A DNA stretch of 64,000 nt, taken from positions 96,001 through 160,000 of the IMG/VR virus record IMGVR_UViG_3300020411_003715. One strand, 5' to 3'. Positions 1 through 7,069 of the stretch are shown here, in pieces (positions within the stretch are counted from its first letter, which is position 1; the number at the start of each line of letters is the position of its first letter). A program made the position numbers and the translations under genes. The notes beneath the pieces are model-generated. The model did no database searches. It was not told the DNA's origin and worked only from the letters and a program-made list of their open reading frames with translations. The stretch comes from a virus.

Positions 1-111
1 CAATCTAAGATGGTTGGCTTTTATCAGGTTATGGGTGGTCGTGAAGAGGTAAGAAATGTCCAACGGGATGTTAAAGACCTCATCGTAAAAGACGTCAATA
101 TGAAGGTTTGA
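1..111 (+). CDS. 3' end of an upstream gene (partial; ...QSKMVGFYQVMGGREEVRNVQRDVKDLIVKDVNMKV*)
   Basis: Frame 1 is open from base 1 to TGA at 109-111, on the same strand as the downstream block. Not in the ORF track. Confidence 0.6.
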   Translation, partial: QSKMVGFYQVMGGREEVRNVQRDVKDLIVKDVNMKV

Positions 112-134
112 GCCTTATCTTTGTGGAGCGGCGT

Positions 135-1385
135 ATGAGTGTAGACATAGAAAAGTTAGCCCGAAAGTGGAGTAGGGACAAGAAAGAGGAGGCGCAACGA
201 AGAGCCGGCTTTTGGGCAGGCGCTTCTGCACCAGTTCTTGCTGGCCGTCACGGAAAAGGTCAGCATATATCCCCCTTTCAAGGAGTTCAGTTTGAGAGCG
301 TACGGGACCTAACCAGAAATGTTCGAACCGGTGACGTTCTTCTCGTCGCAGATGGCAAAAGACCGTTTAGCGCGAAGAAGGCTCTTATCTCTATCGGCAC
401 AGGGATACCTGATGGTTACCATGCCGCTGTCGTCGCCGGCGTCTCCAAGAAGAAGGGTGAGATTGAGATACTGGACCTCACCTTTAAGGGTTACCAGCGC
501 AAGGCCATCGCAGCCAGCAATATAAACAGTTACTCCTTATTTAGAATAAGCGATCCGGCTAAACAAAAGGCTGTGGTCGATAACATGCATAGGCTGGTTA
601 ATACACAGAAGCGATTAAATGCTGCTCTCAAAAGAGAGGGGATGAGTTCCCGCGCAATCAGAAAAGTTAATCGTGCGATGTACGCCGAGACTATTAATCC
701 CGTAATTGGTGTTAGGGAACTCTTTGTTCCTTATGTCCAAGACAGATCGGTGCGTAACGCTAATTACGTAAAAAAGGTCGAGCGGGAACTTAAGTTTGTG
801 TCTAGTAATATCAACGGTATTGCAAAAGACATGGTCGACTACTGGAAGCAGACGGGCAAGATCGATACCTCAAACCTTAAGCCTATCCAGCGAGTTTGCA
901 CAAGTGTAGCCGCCTCTGTGGGTGTGCCCATCGGTGCGACATCTCACCCCAAATGGGCTGGGCCCAATGATATTCTTAGGGGAAAAGGTCTCAGGCCCAT
1001 TGGATATAAGGTCTCCCCGAAGCACACTAACTTTGTAAAGCTTTATGACGGACTCCTTAAGGTTATGCCTAATATCGTGAGGGGTGCTGCTGGGGTAGGT
1101 CTTGGTGGTTTTGTTGCAGGAACGATTGCTACGAGACAGGCACTGAAGCGTAGCGCTGAGCGTCGTGAAGCCAGGAAGGCTCGTGCAGAAAATAAGCTAA
1201 AAATGAAGAAACGCGTTCATGTAAAGGGGCATATGCGTGGAAGAAAGTACGTGAAGTCACACACAAAGATGGCCTACGTCTACGAGCGAATGTCGATGGA
1301 CGATCTACAAGATAGGGCGTATGCTCATGGACTAAGTAAGTCGGCTGCGATAATGGAAATTATCAAATCAAAGATTACGGAGTAA
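135..1385 (+). CDS. Permuted papain-like (YiiX/YaeF-type NlpC/P60) enzyme with basic, Gly-zipper C-terminal modules
   Basis: GDVLLV...GYHAAVV (His) precedes QRVCTSVAASVGVP...GPNDIL (Cys), the permuted order. ATG at 135 follows GGAG; the track start at 108 is possible. Confidence 0.65.
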   Translation: MSVDIEKLARKWSRDKKEEAQRRAGFWAGASAPVLAGRHGKGQHISPFQGVQFESVRDLTRNVRTGDVLLVADGKRPFSAKKALISIGTGIPDGYHAAVVAGVSKKKGEIEILDLTFKGYQRKAIAASNINSYSLFRISDPAKQKAVVDNMHRLVNTQKRLNAALKREGMSSRAIRKVNRAMYAETINPVIGVRELFVPYVQDRSVRNANYVKKVERELKFVSSNINGIAKDMVDYWKQTGKIDTSNLKPIQRVCTSVAASVGVPIGATSHPKWAGPNDILRGKGLRPIGYKVSPKHTNFVKLYDGLLKVMPNIVRGAAGVGLGGFVAGTIATRQALKRSAERREARKARAENKLKMKKRVHVKGHMRGRKYVKSHTKMAYVYERMSMDDLQDRAYAHGLSKSAAIMEIIKSKITE

Positions 1386-1389
1386 TAGT

Positions 1390-2064
1390 TTGAGTAGTCC
1401 CGAACAATATAACGCGAATCAGATGGATATGGGCAGATTTACAGACGCCCAGGTCACACACCTCGTTGAATTCTGGCAAGAGCACAGAGGATTAACCGTT
1501 GACGGATATTGCGGACCCCAAACGCAAAGGGACCTTTTGCAGGACATGTTTGGTAACAGCGCTGTTCCTAGTAATCTAGGTCTTATGGCACTGGAGGTGG
1601 CAATCACGGAGATCGGTAATGGTGAATTGGGCGTTAACAATGCTGGGGATCATGTTGCTCGCTATTTTGGAGTCAGCGAAGACCGTGGCAGCTCTGCTAT
1701 TGGCTCTTGGTGCGCTGCTTTTGTTGGGTATTGTTGTGAGCGTGCAGCAGGTGACCTCGGTATTGAGTTACCCTTTCAAAGATCCGGCGGAGCGAAAGCT
1801 ACTTATAAAAGAGTGGGAGAGGCGGGACAATTTATTGAGGTAAGTGAGGCCCTTCCGGGAGACGTTGTCTGTTGGGATCGAGGCAAGCTTCTTCCCAACG
1901 GACAACCCTCTTGGCAGGGTCATATAGGCTTTGTTGAAAAGCTACAAGAGGGTATTCTTTATACTATTGAGGGGAACGTTGGACGTTTCCCGTCAAAAGT
2001 TAGACGGTTTATGCACGATATAGACAAAGAACCCAGACTCATTGGGTGCGCGAGGTTGCCATGA
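1390..2064 (+). CDS. Endolysin/peptidoglycan hydrolase: N-terminal PG-binding domain plus CHAP/NlpC-P60 (TIGR02594-like) domain
   Basis: VEFWQEHRGLTVDGYCGPQT (PG_binding_1-like); WCAAFVGYC, GDVVCWDRG, GHIGFVE, YTIEGN (CHAP Cys-His motifs). Confidence 0.85.
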   Translation: MSSPEQYNANQMDMGRFTDAQVTHLVEFWQEHRGLTVDGYCGPQTQRDLLQDMFGNSAVPSNLGLMALEVAITEIGNGELGVNNAGDHVARYFGVSEDRGSSAIGSWCAAFVGYCCERAAGDLGIELPFQRSGGAKATYKRVGEAGQFIEVSEALPGDVVCWDRGKLLPNGQPSWQGHIGFVEKLQEGILYTIEGNVGRFPSKVRRFMHDIDKEPRLIGCARLP

Positions 2065-2783
2065 ACGCTTTGGAAAAATACGCAGCTAATAAGAAGCTCG
2101 CCACCCTGCTCAAGGAAGCGAAGATCGAGAAACTGGCCTGGGAGTCAGCAGACCCAGAAATCTCTGGCGACAAGCTGTTGATGGTCTTTAGAGGCTCAAA
2201 CCCAAAAACCATGACCATGGCTAAAGCCCGTGGGCTAAAGCCCGCTTTTGATGAAGAGCTTGGCGGTGGGTATAAGGCTTCACAAGAGATAACCGACCCG
2301 GCAAGAAAGAAAGAGATCTTAGCCGACCTCGTAAGAAAGCAAAAGAAAGCGAAGGACAGGCGCAGCGGGATCTTCGGAAGAAGGCCGTGGATCGGGAAAA
2401 AAAGAAAAAAGCGTTATGACTTTGAATCCGCACACTTAGATAAACTCACTGCCATGGCGGATAAGATGAAGAGTGCCGCCGCTAAAAAGAAACCGACCAA
2501 GAAGGTAGAACTTGAGCCGGACAGGCTGCGCAGGGCAATGGCCGGAGGAATGCTAGGCGGTGGTGCCGCGCTTCCAGCGGCCACCTTGTCCGCCCTGATT
2601 ACCAGAAACCCGCAGTTCCTCAAGGACATTGCCAAAGGGACCGCGAAAGGTGTAGGGGCAGGAGCGCTTTTGGGGCAAGCCTTCCCGATCATGAAGGGGA
2701 AGGACGATGGTCCAATGCGGCTGGTAAGAGAGACCAAGGGGCCTCGCAAAGGGAAGCTGGTCTTTGCCAGGGAAAACGAATAG
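2061..2783 (+). CDS. MNALEKYAA-leader basic protein with Gly-zipper segments
   Basis: ATG 2061 overlaps the lysin stop (ATGA). Begins MNALEKYAANKKLATLLKEAKIEKLAW; contains GGMLGGGAALPAA and KGVGAGALLG. Confidence 0.8.
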   Translation: MNALEKYAANKKLATLLKEAKIEKLAWESADPEISGDKLLMVFRGSNPKTMTMAKARGLKPAFDEELGGGYKASQEITDPARKKEILADLVRKQKKAKDRRSGIFGRRPWIGKKRKKRYDFESAHLDKLTAMADKMKSAAAKKKPTKKVELEPDRLRRAMAGGMLGGGAALPAATLSALITRNPQFLKDIAKGTAKGVGAGALLGQAFPIMKGKDDGPMRLVRETKGPRKGKLVFARENE

Positions 2784-2785
2784 AT

Positions 2786-3214
2786 ATGAACGTACTAGAA
2801 AAATACGCGGCAAAGCGGCTTCTCATTAAGAAGTTAGCCTCAGCCAACCCGTTTCAGGTTAGCGCCTCGCATACTAGTAACCCGGCATTGAGTTGGCAAA
2901 AGCGGGATCGCCCAACCACAGGCGTCCGAAGGGCTCTACATAAGACAGAGGGTGCCACCGATAATCTCTTACGGCATGCTTACAGTAAAAATGCACCTTC
3001 AGGCGCACGACAAAGACCGCAGTCGAGCACTAATTTGAATGTAAAAACGGGCCCAATAAGCTTTGGCGGATCACTTAGAGGCGGCAAGATCTCCGGATAC
3101 AAAGTGGGACTGAGCGGGAACCTCACCAAAAACCTAAGCGGAAGAGCGTCAGTCAACGTGCCAGTTGGCGGGGGAAGCCCTAGATACTCAGCGGGCCTTA
3201 ATTGGAGATTTTAA
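2786..3214 (+). CDS. MNVLEKYAA-leader protein ending in amphipathic beta-strands and C-terminal Phe
   Basis: Leader MNVLEKYAAKRLLIKKLAS; C-terminus YSAGLNWRF; starts 2 nt after the previous stop. Confidence 0.8.
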   Translation: MNVLEKYAAKRLLIKKLASANPFQVSASHTSNPALSWQKRDRPTTGVRRALHKTEGATDNLLRHAYSKNAPSGARQRPQSSTNLNVKTGPISFGGSLRGGKISGYKVGLSGNLTKNLSGRASVNVPVGGGSPRYSAGLNWRF

Positions 3215-3215
3215 T

Positions 3216-3548
3216 ATGAACGAACTAGAAAAATACGCAGCCAAGCGCAAGCTTGCCGCTGAGTTAATTAAGCGGGCCTATCTTGCTCGGATTGCGCAGG
3301 GCCTCAAGCACTTTGCAACGGGCGCTAGAACGCAAGCTAGAAAGGCGAGGAAATTCTTTATGGGTGGCGTGAGGTCTGGAAAGTACCGCCATAGTATGTG
3401 GAGCGCAAACCCCCTCCAACGGGCCGCGTACAATACTGGGAGAGCTTTGGGAAGAGGCGTCCCTGCAATAGGAAGAGGAGTCAATAGGGTGGGAACGCGA
3501 CTCAAGGACTATGGCAGTAGACTTATAGGAAGAGGAAGAATCGTATAA
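3216..3548 (+). CDS. MNELEKYAA-leader small Arg/Gly-rich protein
   Basis: In-frame ATG at 3216, 1 nt after the previous TAA; MNELEKYAAKRKLAAELIKRAYL. Confidence 0.8.
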   Translation: MNELEKYAAKRKLAAELIKRAYLARIAQGLKHFATGARTQARKARKFFMGGVRSGKYRHSMWSANPLQRAAYNTGRALGRGVPAIGRGVNRVGTRLKDYGSRLIGRGRIV

Positions 3549-4156
3549 TGAATGCTTTAGAGAAATACGCCGCCATGGGTAACTCACCCTTTACACGCCA
3601 GATGCTCAGCGGGAGCGGTCTCCCTGGTTACTCCAAGGGCGGGCCTGTGAAGAAAGATGGTTACCTGACTGACAAGAAGGGCAAGCCATACGCTCGTGTA
3701 CACAAGGGCGAGAAAGTAGTACCTCAAAAGAAAAAGGAAGCCTCAACCATGAATGCTTTAGAAAAGTATGCTGCTAAGCGAAAGCTTATTAGCGAACTCA
3801 CCAAGCAAGCTTGGCTACTCCAGGGCGGTAAGGCGCTTGCCACGAAAGCCTGGGGAGCAGCAAAGCCAGTCCTCTCGGCAATCGGAAAGCCTGTTAAACA
3901 AGTTGCAACCCTCCCAGGCCGAGTAGCTAACCGCCTCGCAAAGCCAGTGGGGCAATGGGCTAAACGTAACCCCAAAAAAGCGATAGCAATGGGGGGAACG
4001 GGCATGGGTGCCATGATCTCCGATGAGATGACGGACTGGACAGGCAAGAAAAGACGTGCGGATGCCAGAAGGGCTGCAAGGTGGGCCAAGCAGTCAACTG
4101 GCGCGGGCCAGAGAACTGGCACCTTCGTCCGAAGCACCCTCAATAAAAATAATTAG
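3548..4156 (+). CDS. Double-leader protein (MNALEKYAA at aa 1 and again at aa 68)
   Basis: TAATG overlap with the previous gene; second in-frame MNALEKYAAKRKLISELTKQAW at 3749. Confidence 0.8.
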   Translation: MNALEKYAAMGNSPFTRQMLSGSGLPGYSKGGPVKKDGYLTDKKGKPYARVHKGEKVVPQKKKEASTMNALEKYAAKRKLISELTKQAWLLQGGKALATKAWGAAKPVLSAIGKPVKQVATLPGRVANRLAKPVGQWAKRNPKKAIAMGGTGMGAMISDEMTDWTGKKRRADARRAARWAKQSTGAGQRTGTFVRSTLNKNN

Positions 4157-4166
4157 GGGTGACTCT

Positions 4167-4547
4167 ATGAGCCCATTGGAAAAATATGCAGCTAAGAAGC
4201 TTCTTATTACGAAGCTTGCGTCGAATGCCCTTAGGCTCGGAAAGAAGAAGGCTGTCCGTGTTATGGAGGCGATCACCAAAAGAAGTAAGTCCGTCAAAGA
4301 GACTCGTGAAGCCATGCCTACCGCCATGCGGAAAGTGCTGGGCAAAGAGAAGATCGTCAAGAACCTAGCTGAGCTTCCTCGGGAAGTAGCGAGGACCGCC
4401 AGGAAGATAGAGAATAAACTCGGGCCAAACAAGGGGCTGGAATATGCATTTGCTCAGCTAGCTAAAGGTACGAAGCACCCAAGCTTTAGAGGCAAAGCGA
4501 AGTCCGGCCCTGATTGGAACAAACGACCCAAGAAGAGATCAGTATGA
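4167..4547 (+). CDS. MSPLEKYAA-leader Lys-rich protein
   Basis: In-frame ATG at 4167 after GGGGTGA; MSPLEKYAAKKLLITKLAS. Confidence 0.8.
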   Translation: MSPLEKYAAKKLLITKLASNALRLGKKKAVRVMEAITKRSKSVKETREAMPTAMRKVLGKEKIVKNLAELPREVARTARKIENKLGPNKGLEYAFAQLAKGTKHPSFRGKAKSGPDWNKRPKKRSV

Positions 4548-4834
4548 ACGCACTAGAGAAGTACGCGGCGAAGCGAAAGCTGGCTGGCCACCTTGGCGCG
4601 GCTATGGGCATGAACGAAGACGCACATATGTTGTGCAAGATTCTTGACACCACTGCTGCGCAAGCGATTGCGCTTAAAAAGAAGATCGCCATGGGCAAGA
4701 GGCTTCCGTCCTGGGCGGAGTACAAGGTGTACAAGGCGGGGGACGCTATTAAGTCCGCATACTCTTCTACGTATTCGATGGCCGACCACGCACCAAAGAT
4801 AAGCATAATGATTGGTGGCCGTAGGCCTTATTAA
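4544..4834 (+). CDS. MNALEKYAA-leader small helical protein (LPSW motif)
   Basis: ATGA overlap with the previous stop; MNALEKYAAKRKLAGHL...KRLPSWAEYKVYKA. Confidence 0.8.
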   Translation: MNALEKYAAKRKLAGHLGAAMGMNEDAHMLCKILDTTAAQAIALKKKIAMGKRLPSWAEYKVYKAGDAIKSAYSSTYSMADHAPKISIMIGGRRPY

Positions 4835-4850
4835 ACTTAAAGGAAAGGTT

Positions 4851-5318
4851 ATGAACGCACTAGAAAAATATGCAGCTAAGCGGAAGCTTACTGAAGAATT
4901 AACCAAGCGGGCAGCCCTTCTCCCAGGATTCGTTGCTGGAGGGAAGGCAGTGCTTCACGGGATCAAGGGCGCACTGGGTCGAGCCGGCGGGGCGGTTAAG
5001 CGTACTGGCAGGGCCGCGTGGCAGGGTGTTCAAAAGGCTGACAAGGCAGTAGAGCGCGGCCTCCAGCGCGTTCTGGACCGCACTCCTGGCACTAGCTCGA
5101 ATAAGGCGATGAAAGCCATCAAGGCAAATCAAGCTCAGGCTAAGGCCAAGTTCGTCAACATGAGAGCCGCTACCGGCAGGAGATTCACCGCTGCCAGTAA
5201 TGCGCGCAGGGGTGAGGGCATGCGAAACTTCGCCACTAACAAAGGGGTCCATAGTGTCTTAAAGAGAACTGGGCCATCCCCGGGCACCCGGCTACTGAAT
5301 AAGAAGATAGTTACATAA
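4851..5318 (+). CDS. MNALEKYAA-leader basic amphipathic protein
   Basis: AAGGAAAGG upstream; MNALEKYAAKRKLTEELTKRAALL. Confidence 0.8.
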   Translation: MNALEKYAAKRKLTEELTKRAALLPGFVAGGKAVLHGIKGALGRAGGAVKRTGRAAWQGVQKADKAVERGLQRVLDRTPGTSSNKAMKAIKANQAQAKAKFVNMRAATGRRFTAASNARRGEGMRNFATNKGVHSVLKRTGPSPGTRLLNKKIVT

Positions 5319-5335
5319 TGTAGGGGGTTGCTGGG

Positions 5336-6310
5336 ATGGCGTACAACTATAGCAAGGGCGAACAAGCCAGCGGGGACATCAGGTCGGAGGACGACCCGGA
5401 CACCAAGGTTGACTTTGGGTCTGATCGTATAAATCTGGTTGTCGGTGGCTCTGCTAAATTAGCAACCTATTCTCAAGGCGTCCTTCTAGACGGCATGATG
5501 GGGATCGGGGAGGCAAACTCCATACCCACGCCCATCAGCAATTGTGGACAGGTGTTCGCCCTTGATGCTGGGGACAAGGACACTGCGTTGCTTTTTAAGT
5601 TCGAGGGATCTGAGGCCTACCTCACGGACTATAGCAAGTTCGCCACGAACGCTTGGCTCATGGGGTCTTCCGCGACCACGTCTACTTCGGTGTACAAGTG
5701 GGGATCTCGCTCACTAAGACTTCAGCAGAGCAACGCCTCTTATGGGGATTATGACCGTGTTAGCGTGCCGCACACCTACTTCAACCCCAGGTACGAGTCG
5801 TTTACTGTTGAGTGTTGGCTGTACGCAACATCGAACCCAGGCTCAGGAGATGTAGCGACTATAGCCACGCAAGCAAACGAAGACAGTAATTGGGCGTTTG
5901 TCTTGTCTTCTTCGGGAAGACTTGCCATCGGAATCGCCGGTGGATCGACATGGCTCGCCACGTCCGGGACGATTACCCTTAATCAGTGGTGCCACGTTGC
6001 CGCCGTACATGATATTAATTGGTCGAACAACACGTTTACAACGTCTATATACATAGACGGAACCCAGAGCGCGACATCTGCTGAGTCTGGGACGACATCT
6101 TACTGGTCAAGCACGGAGAATCCTTTGGTCATAGGGTACATGAATGATGGCTCTGACCACTCACCCCTTGAAGGGTACATAGATGATTTCCGGGTTAGCA
6201 CCACTGCGAGGTACAGCGGTTCCTCGTTTTCGGTACCGACCAGCTCCTTAGGGGGGACGACCGCTATGTTTGCGCAATCTGCCAACGGGGAGATGCGGAG
6301 AATTAGTTAA
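5336..6310 (+). CDS. LamG/concanavalin-A-like lectin domain virion protein
   Basis: FTVECWLY...NQWCHVAAV...SIYIDG...LVIG...GYIDDFRVSTTARY, typical of Laminin_G_3 domains. Confidence 0.8.
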   Translation: MAYNYSKGEQASGDIRSEDDPDTKVDFGSDRINLVVGGSAKLATYSQGVLLDGMMGIGEANSIPTPISNCGQVFALDAGDKDTALLFKFEGSEAYLTDYSKFATNAWLMGSSATTSTSVYKWGSRSLRLQQSNASYGDYDRVSVPHTYFNPRYESFTVECWLYATSNPGSGDVATIATQANEDSNWAFVLSSSGRLAIGIAGGSTWLATSGTITLNQWCHVAAVHDINWSNNTFTTSIYIDGTQSATSAESGTTSYWSSTENPLVIGYMNDGSDHSPLEGYIDDFRVSTTARYSGSSFSVPTSSLGGTTAMFAQSANGEMRRIS

Positions 6311-6414
6311 CGTGGGCGTGCACAGATGAATTACCGCTTAATATCTGAGGTACCTCATCTGGCACGTACGACATATAATACTTTTAGGCTTTTTGGATAG
6401 AGTGAGGACTAAAA

Positions 6415-7053
6415 ATGAATTTATTAGACAAGACCATATGGGGGACGCTCCTTGAGAAGGTCGCCAATACTGTTGCCGAAGGAACCGTTGGCTCTTCGAT
6501 GAAGCCTGCGGCCGTCCAACAAGCTTCGCCCACGCCTGGGCCTGCCCCAAACCCGCAAGCTTCGCCCACGCCTCTGGTCAGACCCAATCCACAAGCCTCA
6601 CCCACACCTGGGACCGGGAGCGGCCCGAGTATACCGGGACTCAAAGACCCAAAAGCATACTTAGATGCCATGAGAAAGCTTAAGAGCCAGCACAACACGG
6701 CAACCCCAGAGGGGCAGCAGGCATACCAAGCGGCTTGGAAGAGAACCCAGAAAGCCTTTGGCCTTTCCACAAACCCACAAGAGTTTGGTGCAGGTTTGGT
6801 GCAGCAGAGTCCTGATCTAGCAAAACGATTAGAGCAGTCAAAGGGAGGAGCAGAGTGGAGCAAAAACAATCCCTTCCTAAAAGCTAAAGGAAACCAGCAA
6901 GGGGGGAGTAGCGCTTCTACATCTGGCAACCCCATGACCGTGGCGAGACCCCTAAGGAAAACCGCTCCAACGGCCAATCCAGCAGCGGGCTTTAAACCAC
7001 CTAAGCTTAAGCTACCTAAGTTGCCTAGTGTAACTAACCTTCAGCCTAAATAA
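6415..7053 (+). CDS. Pro/Gln/Ala-rich hypothetical protein with LEKVA motif
   Basis: 212-aa ORF with GAGG upstream; TLLEKVANT; low-complexity PT repeats. Confidence 0.7.
   Translation: MNLLDKTIWGTLLEKVANTVAEGTVGSSMKPAAVQQASPTPGPAPNPQASPTPLVRPNPQASPTPGTGSGPSIPGLKDPKAYLDAMRKLKSQHNTATPEGQQAYQAAWKRTQKAFGLSTNPQEFGAGLVQQSPDLAKRLEQSKGGAEWSKNNPFLKAKGNQQGGSSASTSGNPMTVARPLRKTAPTANPAAGFKPPKLKLPKLPSVTNLQPK
6520..6612 (+). repeat. In-frame tandem repeat, 36-bp period, 3 copies of QASPTP(G/L)
   Basis: caagcttcgcccacgcct at 6520 and 6556, variant caagcctcacccacacct at 6592. Confidence 0.9.
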
Positions 7054-7069
7054 GGGGTTTGGCTGAACA

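Larger units (their letters stand above)
2061..4889 (+). repeat. Eight dispersed copies of a ~39-bp leader-coding repeat (2061, 2786, 3216, 3548, 3749, 4167, 4544, 4851); further copies at 11987 and 18234
   Basis: Examples: atgaacgcactagaaaaatatgcagctaagcggaagctt (4851) and atgaatgctttagaaaagtatgctgctaagcgaaagctt (3749). Differences fall mostly at synonymous positions. Confidence 0.95.

Noticed and set aside
2061-4889. Leader repeats as a CRISPR array or non-coding DNA repeat
   Set aside because: The repeats are in-frame gene starts with synonymous variation, separated by 200-700 bp of coding sequence, and no cas genes are present.
6346-6357. 12-bp palindrome TGAGGTACCTCA and nearby TATAAT (6374-6379)
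   Set aside because: Single occurrence with no matching -35 and no second copy noticed; could be chance.
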